DNA of 61,311 nucleotides. It comes from an uncultured Candidatus Saccharibacteria bacterium. Lineage in GTDB: Bacteria; Patescibacteriota; Saccharimonadia; CAILAD01; BJGX01. A model generated the notes under the pieces. It did no database searches, was not told where the DNA came from, and was given only the letters and a program-made list of their open reading frames with translations. Numbering within the stretch: the first letter of the stretch is position 1; each line of letters opens with the position of its first letter. The stretch covers positions 1-61,311 of the forward strand of contig CAZWVB010000001.1 in the NCBI GenBank assembly GCA_964637185.1, given 5' to 3'. The position numbers and the translations under genes are program-made. Below are positions 1 to 13,856 of this stretch, in pieces.

Positions 1-341
1 GAACTCACTCGAAATATCTTTCGGGTTCAGACAGTCCTCGAAATAGAGTCAAACTGTCACTAACTCTTTCTGATCTTCGAGAGCCGGAACTACAGACTTT
101 CTCCCGCCACTAAAGCAATCAGGAAGTGAAAGGTTATTGATGCTTCTGATCGCTGACCGCGAGTCTCTATCCTGAGTGCAGCGGCTAGATCAGAAAGACA
201 ATGTTCTTGAATACTCCTAGATTGTGTCCGTGGCGATGGGTTTTGCTCCGCTTTTGACCAAGCAAAAAGCGGATCGGCCACAAGGACGAAATCCTAGATC
301 TTTGGTCACAAAGAAGGAAGAAATGGTACAATTATAAGCAT

Positions 342-1658
342 ATGAAGCTTCATATACCCAAACTTTCGGGCAAGAAAAAGGCCGGTAAATCGGCAGCCAA
401 GTCTGACGAACCTCAATATCTAGTATCGCTTGATATTGGTACAGAGTATGTCAAGGCGTTGATTGGGCAGGTGATGAGCCAGAAAGATCCCAAAACAGGC
501 AAGCAGCGTGAGGTAGTACAAATAGTGGGCGCGGGCAAACAGCGTCAGCGGCTGACTGATATGGCAGGCGGGGCAGTGACTGACATTGCCGGCGTGGTGG
601 AGAACTGTGATGCCGCACTACGCCAGGCCGAGGAGATGGCCGGTATAGTAGCCAAAGACACCGTAGTAGGTATCGCAGGTGAGCTAGTGCGTGGTGGTAC
701 CACGGCTGTTAGCTATCGCCGCAACAAGCCAGATATCAAGATCGATCAGCAAGAGTTGATGGACATAGTCGAGCGTATTCAAAAACAAGCCTTCGATGAA
801 GTGCGCAAACAGTTGAGCTGGGAGACCGGCAACAACGAGCTGGAGGTCAAACTAGTCAATGCTGCTATCGTCGATGTCACCATCGACGGCTATCGGGTAA
901 CCAATCCGGTTGGGTTTCAGGGGCGTGATGTGACTATCCAAGTCTTCAATGCCTTTGCACCGATGGTGCATCTGGGCGCACTGCAGACAGTGGCGGCTGA
1001 TCTGGATCTCAATCTAGTCAATATCGCAGCCGAGCCATTTGCGGTGGCCAAATCAGTTGGTACAGATGATAGTACAGAATTCAGTGCTATTTTTATCGAC
1101 ATCGGTGGTGGCACCTCTGATATCGCGGTGGTCAACAATGGTGGTGTCGAGGGTACACAGATGTTTGCTATCGGTGGACGTAGCTTTACCAAGCGGCTGG
1201 CCAACGAGTTTGGGATAAGTTTTGATGAAGCTGAAGAGCTCAAACTCAAGCATGCTGCCGGTAAGCTTAGCGAAACCCAGTCTCGTCAGATCACCAAAGC
1301 GCTGGACACTGATGTTGAGACTTGGCTAAGCGGCGTGGAGTTGGCACTAAGTGAGTTTGACCATCTGGAGCATCTACCTACTCGTATTATGCTTTGTGGT
1401 GGTGGCTCAGGCCTGCCAGAGATCAAACACGCGCTCAATGAAACCGACTGGCACAAAGGTTTGCCATTTGTACGCAAGCCCAACATAAGTTTTGTGATGC
1501 CCAAAGATGTCAATCACGTGGTGGATAATACCGATAGTCTAGATAGCCCGCAGGATATTACCCCGATGGGATTGGCCAATCTCGGACTGGATGTGGTGGG
1601 TAGTGAATCAATCGGTGAATCAGTTCTGCAGCGGTTGAGTCGCACACTGTCTCTATAA
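342..1658 (+). CDS. FtsA-like actin-fold ATPase
   Basis: VSLDIGTEYVKALI phosphate-1 motif, IFIDIGGGTSDI, AEELKLKH, LCGGGSGL; extended -10 TGgTACAAT at 324-332. Confidence 0.85.
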   Translation: MKLHIPKLSGKKKAGKSAAKSDEPQYLVSLDIGTEYVKALIGQVMSQKDPKTGKQREVVQIVGAGKQRQRLTDMAGGAVTDIAGVVENCDAALRQAEEMAGIVAKDTVVGIAGELVRGGTTAVSYRRNKPDIKIDQQELMDIVERIQKQAFDEVRKQLSWETGNNELEVKLVNAAIVDVTIDGYRVTNPVGFQGRDVTIQVFNAFAPMVHLGALQTVAADLDLNLVNIAAEPFAVAKSVGTDDSTEFSAIFIDIGGGTSDIAVVNNGGVEGTQMFAIGGRSFTKRLANEFGISFDEAEELKLKHAAGKLSETQSRQITKALDTDVETWLSGVELALSEFDHLEHLPTRIMLCGGGSGLPEIKHALNETDWHKGLPFVRKPNISFVMPKDVNHVVDNTDSLDSPQDITPMGLANLGLDVVGSESIGESVLQRLSRTLSL

Positions 1659-1708
1659 TGCAAAACCCGCCCACCCGGCAGATTTTGCAGCAGGTGAGCG
1701 GCAGTGAG

Positions 1709-2050
1709 TCAGGCGACCTGGAACTGTTTCACCACCTCGGCGACTCGATCTTCTAACTCTCTGGTGTCGGGCGGAGATGTGGGGTCGATCTTCCTCGCGT
1801 GATAGTACCACACTGTCACATTCAGATTGTTCTGATTGATCGTGACGTGGCAGTCTAGCTCTGCTAGAACGCGTCGAAGTGACTTGAGGAGAGCTACACC
1901 AGCTTCAGTCAGGTGCTTGTCTTCGTCTATACTCATGACGCTCATGAGCGGCAAAGACATGGCTTGACACTGCTGTATCAACCTCCCGCCGTTGAACCCA
2001 TCGAACTTCATGTGGAAGGCTGGGATTTCGAAATACCATGTGGCCTGCAT
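1709..2050 (-). CDS. Hypothetical protein (stand-alone ORFan)
   Basis: 113 aa; AAGGAGG SD; TTGACT-N17-TATTAT promoter upstream on the minus strand. Confidence 0.7.
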   Translation of the reverse strand: MQATWYFEIPAFHMKFDGFNGGRLIQQCQAMSLPLMSVMSIDEDKHLTEAGVALLKSLRRVLAELDCHVTINQNNLNVTVWYYHARKIDPTSPPDTRELEDRVAEVVKQFQVA

Positions 2051-2225
2051 GCCACCTCCTTATTGGTGCGAGTCTCGAACTGTTCGAAACAATTGATCGA
2101 TATAATACTATGTTATTCAATTAAAGTCAATACATGGAGGTTTCGTCACATTTAGTAGGCCCAGCTCGTTATTACTGAGCAGCAACCCTGCAAGGATAAG
2201 GTTTTTAGGCTATAATAATTTCCAA

Positions 2226-3824
2226 ATGACCCCAGACATACTCTATCTCGACAACGACACCGAAATCACTGAGGCGATTGAAAAACTCAAGGCCGCCAAG
2301 GGCCAAGAAGTCCGTGTAGTAGCACCAGCTCGTTCGGGACTGATGCAAAGCGCGGTCAATCTCAAGCTACTCAAAAAAGCCGCACACGATAGCAACAAAG
2401 ATCTGGTACTAGTCACTACAGACAAGGCTGCTACTGGGCTAGCTGGCATGCTCGGGCTCATGGTGGCCCGCAATGTCAAAGCCGACGCTGCGGTGCCAGA
2501 GGCCGATGCTGCGCCAGTGCATCCAAGCCATGAGCCGACTGTGATCGATGACAGCAAGCCCACAAAATCCAAGCCGTCAGATGCAGATGATTTGCCAATC
2601 AAATCCAATCTTCCCAAAGATAGGGTGGTCACTGACAGCGACAAACCGCAGAAAGCCAAATCTCCCAAAGTCCCCAATTTTGGAGGTCTCAACAAGAAAA
2701 TGGCTTGGGTGGCGATTGGTATCGGCGCTTTACTAGTGTTTGTGCTGACATATATCTTCCTGCCTACCGCTACGATCAATGTCCAGGCCAACGCCAAAAA
2801 GTTGCCTTTGAACTTTCGATTTACCTCTGATGCTAGTACTACCAAGAGTGATTATGGCGCCGGCATAGTCGCAGCCCAAAAGCTCGAGAGCACCAAAGAC
2901 ACCCAGGTGAGCTTTACCGCCACTGGTCAAAAAGATGTTGGCAATAAGGCCACTGGCACGGTGACGGTCAAGAATTGTGATGATACCAGCACTCACAATC
3001 TCGCTGCTGGCTCTACTATGACAGCTAGTGGCAAGGCTTTTACGACCAATTCATCTGTCACTATACCGGCTGGTACGGCCGGTGGAGGGGTAGTCAACTG
3101 CAGCAGTGGTGTCGACGTTGGAATCACAGCTAGCCAAAACGGCGATAGTTACAACTTGAACGGCGCTACCTTTGCTATCAGTGGTTTTTCAAACTTGTAC
3201 AAGGCCACTGGCTCGACTTCGGGCGGTAGTAGTAAGGTCGTGACGGTAGTGAGTAGTGACGATGTCAAAAAAGCCACTCAACAGGCTCAAGGCCAAATGG
3301 GCAGCAATATGAAACAAGATCTGATCAACAAAGCAGGTGATCAGTATTATGTCTTCGAGGATTCATTCAAATCCGATACAGTCAGTGCCACCCCGTCTGT
3401 TGCTGAGGGGTCGGAAGCCACGAGCAATGTCACTTTGACACTGAAGGTCAAAAACACTGCCTTTGCCGTACTCAAAAAGGAGCTAAACGCATTGTTTGAG
3501 GCGCAAGCCAAAAAACAACTAAGCTCGGATCAGCAAATATATCAAAGCGGCTATGAGGATGCCAAATATAGTAATTTCAAACAAAATGGCGACACCATGC
3601 AAATTCAAGCCGACACCACGACCTATTATGGCGACCAGATCGATACAGCGGCGATTGCACGCGAGTCTGCTGGCAAACCCAAGAAAGCTGTCAGTGACAT
3701 AGCCAAGACCAAGAGTGAACAAGTCACTGGCGCCACTGTCGACTCTACGCCAGCGCTCATGCCATTCACGCCACTGCTGAGTAGTCGGATAAAAGTCAAG
3801 ATAGATGTCTCTACCAGCCAATAA
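2226..3824 (+). CDS. Conserved single-TM hypothetical protein, beta-rich extracellular part (type often auto-annotated baseplate J-like in CPR)
   Basis: N-terminal YLDNDTEITEAIEKL domain, TM segment WVAIGIGALLVFVLTYIFLP, Ser/Thr/Gly-rich C-terminal region. Confidence 0.7.
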   Translation: MTPDILYLDNDTEITEAIEKLKAAKGQEVRVVAPARSGLMQSAVNLKLLKKAAHDSNKDLVLVTTDKAATGLAGMLGLMVARNVKADAAVPEADAAPVHPSHEPTVIDDSKPTKSKPSDADDLPIKSNLPKDRVVTDSDKPQKAKSPKVPNFGGLNKKMAWVAIGIGALLVFVLTYIFLPTATINVQANAKKLPLNFRFTSDASTTKSDYGAGIVAAQKLESTKDTQVSFTATGQKDVGNKATGTVTVKNCDDTSTHNLAAGSTMTASGKAFTTNSSVTIPAGTAGGGVVNCSSGVDVGITASQNGDSYNLNGATFAISGFSNLYKATGSTSGGSSKVVTVVSSDDVKKATQQAQGQMGSNMKQDLINKAGDQYYVFEDSFKSDTVSATPSVAEGSEATSNVTLTLKVKNTAFAVLKKELNALFEAQAKKQLSSDQQIYQSGYEDAKYSNFKQNGDTMQIQADTTTYYGDQIDTAAIARESAGKPKKAVSDIAKTKSEQVTGATVDSTPALMPFTPLLSSRIKVKIDVSTSQ

Positions 3825-4233
3825 GCTATCCCAATCAATCCTGGCTTTTGACTATGGTACAAAACGGGTTGGTGTAGCTCACAAGCCAGCCGGTTCGCAA
3901 CAAATCACTGTGGTCACAACTCTAGCCCAAGACGATCAATTCTGGCCTTCACTACGTGCTCTGTTACGACGGTTTGGGCCTGATCAACTAGTGATAGGCT
4001 GGCCTCGTAACAGCGATGCCGACATTACGGCCCAGACTGCACTAGCTGAGCAATTCGCTAAAGAGGTGGCCCAGCGCACCCAGCTACCGGTACAGCTAGT
4101 AGATGAGTTTGATAGCACCCAACGCGCCCAAAAATTATTACCAAAAGGATTGTCAGTGCGCCGAGCTCGTGACATGATTGATCAATATGCCGCCCAAGTT
4201 ATCCTCCAAGACTATCTTGAAGAAAACAGCTAA
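3805..4233 (+). CDS. ruvX: Holliday junction resolvase-like RuvX/YqgF
   Basis: LAFDYGTKRVGVA, VIGWP, VDEFDST, IDQYAAQVILQDYL. Confidence 0.9.
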   Translation: MSLPANKLSQSILAFDYGTKRVGVAHKPAGSQQITVVTTLAQDDQFWPSLRALLRRFGPDQLVIGWPRNSDADITAQTALAEQFAKEVAQRTQLPVQLVDEFDSTQRAQKLLPKGLSVRRARDMIDQYAAQVILQDYLEENS

Positions 4234-5248
4234 CTCGCGCCACAAAAAGCAGCGTTCTTCACTAGCTTATGTTGTGATAGGAGCGGTGTTTGTATTGATC
4301 ACCATACTACTCATAGTATTTATGGCTTTACTGTACTTGCCATACAACGCTAGCAGCAGTCAAAAGCAACGTATCCAGATACCAGCTCAGTCTTCGGCCG
4401 AGCAAGTTGGTAGTTTGCTCGAGCAAAACAGGCTCGTGCGCAGTGGCTGGCTATTTGCTACCTTCGTAACCATATCGGGTCAGCGCAACAAATTACAACC
4501 AGGTGTATATCTGCTGAGTGCCGATCAAAATATACCCAACATTGCAGATCAGATAGCTAGTGGCGACTTCGCACGCGTCCAGTTAGTAGTGCCAGAGGGA
4601 TTTACGGTCCGTGATATAGCGGCGCGTTATGCCAAACTCGGTCTAGGGAGCGCGGATAGCTTCTTGCAAGCTGCACGGGCGCAACTTGGTAGCCCTTTTG
4701 TGGTGTCGACTGGCGCTACCAGCACTGTTGAAGGTTTGTTGCAGCCAGCTACCTACAAGGTAGGTATCGACGATAGTGCCGACCAAGTGGTGTATACAAT
4801 GCTTAATTCCTTTCAGAAGCAAAACTGGCCGTTGCTACAATCTGGAGTCATACCCCAAGGACTGTCACCATACCAGGCGCTAACCTTGGCTTCGATAGTA
4901 GAGAGAGAGGCCAATACAACAGCCGATCGTAAGCTAGTCGCTGGCGTCCTGTACAATCGCCTAGCGCGCGGCATGAAGCTTGAAAGTGATGTGACCGTCA
5001 ACTATGCTACTGGCCGCAATAACACCACTCCACAAGATGTGTTGATCAACTCACCTTACAATACCTACAAGATAGCCGGCTTGCCGCCATCTCCCATCAA
5101 CAATCCCAGCTCGGATGCGATTGAAGCAGTGCTACGGCCAACCAACAGCGACTATATATTCTTCATAGCCGACAAGCAGGGCAACCTGCATTTTGCCAAA
5201 AACTTATCTGAACACCAACAAAACATCAAAAAGTACCTGGAAAACTAA
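4178..5248 (+). CDS. mltG: Endolytic transglycosylase MltG (start uncertain)
   Basis: N-terminal TM, VPEGFT, EGLLQPATY, LTLASIVERE, LESDVTV, SPYNTY, GLPPSPINNPS. Confidence 0.92.
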   Translation: MINMPPKLSSKTILKKTANSRHKKQRSSLAYVVIGAVFVLITILLIVFMALLYLPYNASSSQKQRIQIPAQSSAEQVGSLLEQNRLVRSGWLFATFVTISGQRNKLQPGVYLLSADQNIPNIADQIASGDFARVQLVVPEGFTVRDIAARYAKLGLGSADSFLQAARAQLGSPFVVSTGATSTVEGLLQPATYKVGIDDSADQVVYTMLNSFQKQNWPLLQSGVIPQGLSPYQALTLASIVEREANTTADRKLVAGVLYNRLARGMKLESDVTVNYATGRNNTTPQDVLINSPYNTYKIAGLPPSPINNPSSDAIEAVLRPTNSDYIFFIADKQGNLHFAKNLSEHQQNIKKYLEN

Positions 5249-5281
5249 TATTATTGGCTCTACAGAGCCAAAATATACCAC

Positions 5282-5311
5282 TTGACGCTGGTTTGGCAGC
5301 CGTGCTAAACT
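5282..5311 (+). promoter_or_regulatory. sigma70 promoter for the LysM/CHAP gene
   Basis: TTGACG (5282-5287), N18, TGcTAAACT (5303-5311). Confidence 0.6.
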
Positions 5312-5317
5312 CGTGAA

Positions 5318-5528
5318 CGTACCATTACCAAGGGTAAGCGTTTTACCAGATATAGACAGATACGCTTAACGGTGTGTAGTGTGCCTGTGATACCTTATCA
5401 GCTCAAAGGGGTCTAACATAGTTAGGTCGAATCCCCCGGTCCGTTTTTTTGACGGAGAAGGATAAGCCACAGACAGTTTCTAGGCATAAATAACAGCCTA
5501 GAAGGAGATCTTTATTAGTAGAAAAGTC
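5318..5528 (+). ncRNA. Structured 5' leader, candidate lysM-TM7-type RNA motif
   Basis: About 210-nt UTR with stems TAAGCGT/ACGCTTA (5335-5368) and TTCTAGGC/GCCTAGAA, upstream of a LysM gene; family not verified. Confidence 0.4.
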
Positions 5529-6695
5529 ATGGGATTGCCTCTACAAGTGCGCAAGGAAAATTTTTCTAGCGTGGGGCAGACACAAAACTTTTCACAAACA
5601 AAAAGCCAGACGAGTGAGGCTATCGCCTCTCCCAATAGCCAGACAGACTCGGTCTCCAAACCAAGCCGAGTAGTGACTGTTGTCGATCGTTTGAAACCAC
5701 GCAAGGGTATCTTGCGCTATGGTTTGCATGCCGCTCTTATCGCAGGAGTGGGGATTTGTGTACTATCCGGTACTGTCAACTCCCAATCAGATCTAGCCAA
5801 CAAGAAAAGCGGCAATGACGAGACCTCTCTGATCGCTGCAAGTGCATTGCTTCAAGATGGTAGTAGCGTATTGGGTCGCGAGGTCAGCAACAAAGCCAAA
5901 GATGCTAGCGGCAACGACCTGACCACTGCAGGTGATGACTTTCTAAGTAGCAAAACCCCAGTATTATCGTCCGGCGCACCAAGTCGCGACATCATGACTT
6001 ACAAGGTCAAAGACGGTGATACACTGAGCTCGCTTAGCCAAAAATTCAGCATCACCACTGATACGATCAAGTGGGCCAATGGTATCGATGATGAAAATGC
6101 TATCAAGCCAGGTGCTAGTCTAGTAATACTGCCGGTCAATGGTATTTTGCACACCGTATCTGATGGCGATAGCATGGACAGCATTGCTGGACGATATCAA
6201 GCTACTGCCAGTCTGATAGATAGTTTTAATGGCCTAGGCGGCAAAGTCCCCGCTACCGGCACCAAGATAATTGTACCGGATGGTATCAAGGTATCTGCGC
6301 CAGCAGCTGTGACGGCTCAGATTGCTGCTACCAACGCCGGCCCAGCTAAGAGTACCGGGTTTAGTATCCCCAATCTCAGTGGCCCAGGCAGCATTGGCAA
6401 TAGTTATTCCTATGGTTACTGTACTTGGTACGTAGCCAGCCGCCGTGCCGTACCAGGCAACTGGGGCAATGCCTATAGCTGGCTCTCGGCTGCTCGTGCT
6501 GCTGGCTACGCTACAGGTGGTGCACCACGAGCCGGGGCAGTGGCTTGGGAAGGTGGCCATGTAGCCTATGTAGAATCAGTCAATGGTGACGGTACCGTCA
6601 CTGTTTCGGAGATGAATTTTTGGGGCAACGGCGGCGGCTGGGGACGACGCAGTTACCGCACTACCGCAGCTGGTCATTTCCAGTACATCTACTAA
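5529..6695 (+). CDS. LysM-LysM-CHAP peptidoglycan hydrolase
   Basis: TYKVKDGDTLSSLSQKF and HTVSDGDSMDSIA LysM repeats; CHAP YGYCTWYV, WGNA..W, GHVAYVE, SEMN. Confidence 0.92.
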   Translation: MGLPLQVRKENFSSVGQTQNFSQTKSQTSEAIASPNSQTDSVSKPSRVVTVVDRLKPRKGILRYGLHAALIAGVGICVLSGTVNSQSDLANKKSGNDETSLIAASALLQDGSSVLGREVSNKAKDASGNDLTTAGDDFLSSKTPVLSSGAPSRDIMTYKVKDGDTLSSLSQKFSITTDTIKWANGIDDENAIKPGASLVILPVNGILHTVSDGDSMDSIAGRYQATASLIDSFNGLGGKVPATGTKIIVPDGIKVSAPAAVTAQIAATNAGPAKSTGFSIPNLSGPGSIGNSYSYGYCTWYVASRRAVPGNWGNAYSWLSAARAAGYATGGAPRAGAVAWEGGHVAYVESVNGDGTVTVSEMNFWGNGGGWGRRSYRTTAAGHFQYIY

Positions 6696-6834
6696 GTCGG
6701 CAGTTTACTGTTCGGATTGCGGCGTTGCCTATCTTCGCAACTCCTTCAACGTACAGGTAAGTACGTCTCAGGTCGTCGCTTGTTGGCACCTTGCATTCCA
6801 CACCAGTAAAATCTGCCTTATCCACATGTATTAA

Positions 6835-6871
6835 AACAACGAACCCCGCCACAACGGCGGGGTTCGTTGTT
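6835..6871. terminator. Hairpin between convergent genes, probably a bidirectional terminator
   Basis: Perfect 16-bp stem AACAACGAACCCCGCC / GGCGGGGTTCGTTGTT with a 5-nt loop. Confidence 0.75.
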
Positions 6872-6955
6872 GTAGCGGGGCGATAGGTGGGCAATATCAG
6901 GGATAGATGCGGCTAGGGGGCTACACCCTCGGGGGTGGCAAGTACGCCAGCGGCA

Positions 6956-9124
<2,169 letters not shown>

Positions 9125-9195
9125 TTGTTTTAATAGTGTGATTATTATATAATCGCCTCACTTCGTTTCGCTCTGTAGAAAAACAAGGAGGCAAC

Positions 9196-9501
9196 ATGAG
9201 TGACTTCGATGAATTGCTCAAGGAGTATCTGCGTGCGCTGGAGCTTGGTGACCGTCGAGCAAGGGCTGAAATTGCTGATGCCATGCTGGAAGAGGCTAGG
9301 TCTTATGGCCTCGATGAGCTAGCTGATCGACTCGAGTATGGACTTCGTCATGGTGACTACCGTGAAGTCAACCTGGCTATTGCTGGCATGGGCGCCAAAG
9401 CTGCCCAAATCGACTGGGATCGTCACGACGGTGCGGTCGATGGCTTGCTTCAAGCAGAACTTGCAGCAGACCTGGCAGTATGGAACGCCACTGCTGGCTA
9501 G
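9196..9501 (+). CDS. Hypothetical acidic helical protein (stand-alone ORFan)
   Basis: 101 aa; AAGGAGG SD; TTGTTT-N17-TATAAT (9125-9153); downstream hairpin with T-run. Confidence 0.7.
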   Translation: MSDFDELLKEYLRALELGDRRARAEIADAMLEEARSYGLDELADRLEYGLRHGDYREVNLAIAGMGAKAAQIDWDRHDGAVDGLLQAELAADLAVWNATAG

Positions 9502-9588
9502 GGGCTCGAAGGAGATGGGGTTGTTTGTCACCTCACTGCCTTCGGGCCCTCCTTCGTTTTTAAGTCCAAATCATTTACAATAGAGCTT

Positions 9589-9800
9589 ATGAACAAGAAG
9601 AAAGCCAAATCAGCCGACGAATTCTTTGCCGAAGAGGTCAAGACGAGTGGTGATATAGAGCGCAAAGAGATTGAGAAGGGTGCTCGGCTGACCTACCGTG
9701 ATGGTTTTCGACTCGGCTTTGGCTTCTTCGTGGGTTTTGCGGCCGCTAGTCTGATCGTGATACTCATAGCCTATTTGGTAGGCTTGGTATTCAAAATTCT

Positions 9801-9804
<4 letters not shown>
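9589..9804 (+). CDS. Small membrane protein
   Basis: 71 aa, C-terminal TM after DGFRLGFGFFVG. Confidence 0.7.
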
Positions 9805-11615
<1,811 letters not shown>

Positions 11616-11700
11616 GTAGGTTCCTTTCTCTGAAACTATTGTCGCGCTATCCATTTGAAATGAAAAGCGCGACAGGCGATCGGTATTTGTTTGTGTATTG

Positions 11701-12360
11701 CTACGAACTGGCGAGCAACTGGCTCTCTATGTCGGCATCAGCGACCGGCACGAAGATCGGCACGGCTGCCGCGCGGAAGTACTGGGCAGCCCGTGGCTTG
11801 CCGTGACGGTGGCTGCATCGTGGGACGGGTTGTTGCAGGCCGGTCTGGTGCAGACGAGTCTGCATGGCGGCTTGGGACACGTCGAAGCGGTAGGCCAGGC
11901 TGGACAGGCGTTGGCTGCCGGTGGTCCAGGCTCGCTTCAACCACGGTCGAGGGATGAGTAGGCAGCCAGCGAAGTAGTCGCAGACCAGCTCGATCCAGTC
12001 CTCACGCTCCTGGGGATCGACCGCGCCGTAGAGCTGGGTGACGAAGGGGTGGTCGATGATGTGCTTGAGTTCGTGGGCCAGGCTGAAACGTTGCCGCAAG
12101 CGGGAGTCGTTGCTGTTGAGCACGACCTTCCAGCGGCCGTGTTCCCAGGCGCTCATGCCGGAGTGCAGCATGGCCTTGGAGCGGGTGACCTGCACTCTTC
12201 GCAGTTCCGTGACGATGCGCTCGGGCACTGGCGGGGCGCTGATACCACTCAGCTCCAGCAGTTTCATGGCCTGGCGTTCGGCGATAGACAAGGCCTCGAT
12301 CCGTGTCAGCGGGCGGAACGGCACGACGTCGCGTAGCTGGGCGATGACGCCGGGCCTCAC
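11701..12360 (-). CDS. ImmA/IrrE-family metallopeptidase
   Basis: RQRFSLAHELKHII (HExxH), ELVCDYFAGCLLIP. Confidence 0.9.
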   Translation of the reverse strand: MRPGVIAQLRDVVPFRPLTRIEALSIAERQAMKLLELSGISAPPVPERIVTELRRVQVTRSKAMLHSGMSAWEHGRWKVVLNSNDSRLRQRFSLAHELKHIIDHPFVTQLYGAVDPQEREDWIELVCDYFAGCLLIPRPWLKRAWTTGSQRLSSLAYRFDVSQAAMQTRLHQTGLQQPVPRCSHRHGKPRAAQYFRAAAVPIFVPVADADIESQLLASS

Positions 12361-12671
12361 AACGTGTTCCTCCAGGGATGGCTGTCACCGTTGATGCCGG
12401 TCGCTCGCAGCTTGGCGGGCTTGGCCTTGGGCTGATCGCCGGTGGTGCGCTCGTCTTTGCTGTCGTGGCGTGCCCTGTCCTCCTGCTCGGGGAAGACCGG
12501 TTCGCCGTCGGGGATGCCGTAATAGGGCCGCAGGACCTCGGCGTAGGCCTCCAGGTCGGCGCGGTCACGGGCGCTGAGCCGGTCCGACCGGCGGAAGTAG
12601 ATAGCTGGCAGCGTGCTGAGTGCAGCCAGATGTTCGTCTACATAGATGCTTTGTTGTTTTCCTTTCGCCAT
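12357..12671 (-). CDS. Hypothetical protein in the position of an ImmR-type repressor; no clear HTH
   Basis: Coupled (GTGA overlap) to the ImmA gene; purine-rich SD. Confidence 0.5.
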   Translation of the reverse strand: MAKGKQQSIYVDEHLAALSTLPAIYFRRSDRLSARDRADLEAYAEVLRPYYGIPDGEPVFPEQEDRARHDSKDERTTGDQPKAKPAKLRATGINGDSHPWRNTL

Positions 12672-12855
12672 TGGAAGTGTTCTTCCTTTCCTTCCATTCC
12701 ATTTTCGCATTGTGTTCGTATCCCGTCAAACATGAGCGGATTGAACAGGTTGCGATCGGAACGGCTATTGACTCTTAAATGTTGATGAAATGTGCGGTAT
12801 AATGAGTGTGTAATCGTGAGTGGTTGATGTGTGCAGCAACCACTTGTGAGGGTGT

Positions 12856-12889
12856 GAACCTCCCAAGGCCGGATGGCCCTGGGAGGTTC
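12856..12889. terminator. GC-rich hairpin
   Basis: GAACCTCCCA / TGGGAGGTTC plus inner GGCC/GGCC, just downstream of the RHH gene. Confidence 0.6.
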
Positions 12890-12909
12890 TTCGTTCCCGG
12901 CGTCCCGGC

Positions 12910-13200
12910 TCACTCGGCCTTGCGCCGGCTGCGGGAGCTGGCGGGCTTGGGCTCGTCGGGCTCGCCGGTGCCGTTGAGCAGACCGGCGATGGCCTCGCGG
13001 CGGGTCTGCGCTTCGCGCTCGATGTCGTCGAGCACAGCCTGGGCTTTGCTTTGCAGCTCACCGGAGTCCCGCTTGGTGTCGAGGTAGCCCTCGATGCTGG
13101 TACGGATGAGCTCGGTGAGTGAGATGCCTTCGAGCTGAGCGACGGCCGACGCTTGGGCGTGCAGCTCGTCGCTCATCTTGATAGCCAACGTTTTGGGCAT
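12910..13200 (-). CDS. Ribbon-helix-helix DNA-binding protein
   Basis: KTLAIKMSDELHAQASAVAQLEGISLTELIRTSIEGYL; AAGGAGG SD. Confidence 0.75.
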   Translation of the reverse strand: MPKTLAIKMSDELHAQASAVAQLEGISLTELIRTSIEGYLDTKRDSGELQSKAQAVLDDIEREAQTRREAIAGLLNGTGEPDEPKPASSRSRRKAE

Positions 13201-13319
13201 GGTGCCCTCCTTCGGTGGTGGTGCGAACGGTGATCCGTCTGTCGGATCGTTGGAACCGGCCGCATGCCGCCGATGAGGGTGATGGCGGGAGCCAGGCTTG
13301 ATCGCCCGGCTCCCGCGCT

Positions 13320-13856
13320 TCAGTCGAAGAACACATACAGGTGTCCCTCAGACCAACTGCACTGCATGCCCATCGCCCAGTCGCGACCGAGAGCCTCGGT
13401 GTCGACCCGCACGTAGTCGCGAATCGTCTCGGGTAGGTCGAGCCGTTCGAGATCGAAGCCGTGCAGTTCGAGCACCTGCTCGCCGAACTCGGCGTAGGAG
13501 TCGTAGACGCCCTCGAAGTGATCCTCGAAGGTGTCGAGCTGTTCGTCCCACTCCGCTCGGTCGAGCAGGCTCGCCCAGACGGCGAAAGCCCGACCGTGCT
13601 CGGCGATGCCAACCGCCAGTCGGTGCAGCTGCGCGACGGACTCGTACTCACCAAGGTGCAGATCGAAGAAGCCGTCGTAGTCATGGATGGCGTGCTCTTC
13701 CGCGCCGGGCACCGGTGAGCTGTCCAGCATGGCGTTGATCCGCGCCCAGATGTCGTCGAGCTCGTCGGTGGCGTCGACCCAGACACCGTGCAGCTGACCG
13801 TTGTTGTAGGCAGCCAGACATGCGACGTAGATGCGTGGACCACCCGTGCTGCTCAT
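13320..13856 (-). CDS. ardA: Antirestriction protein ArdA
   Basis: RIYVACLAAYNNGQLHGVWVDA, EEHAIHDYDGF, acidic composition, YVRVDTEALGRD. Confidence 0.9.
   Translation of the reverse strand: MSSTGGPRIYVACLAAYNNGQLHGVWVDATDELDDIWARINAMLDSSPVPGAEEHAIHDYDGFFDLHLGEYESVAQLHRLAVGIAEHGRAFAVWASLLDRAEWDEQLDTFEDHFEGVYDSYAEFGEQVLELHGFDLERLDLPETIRDYVRVDTEALGRDWAMGMQCSWSEGHLYVFFD

Noticed and set aside
2226-3824. Phage or T6SS baseplate
   Set aside because: Single membrane-anchored gene in housekeeping context with no other contractile-system genes
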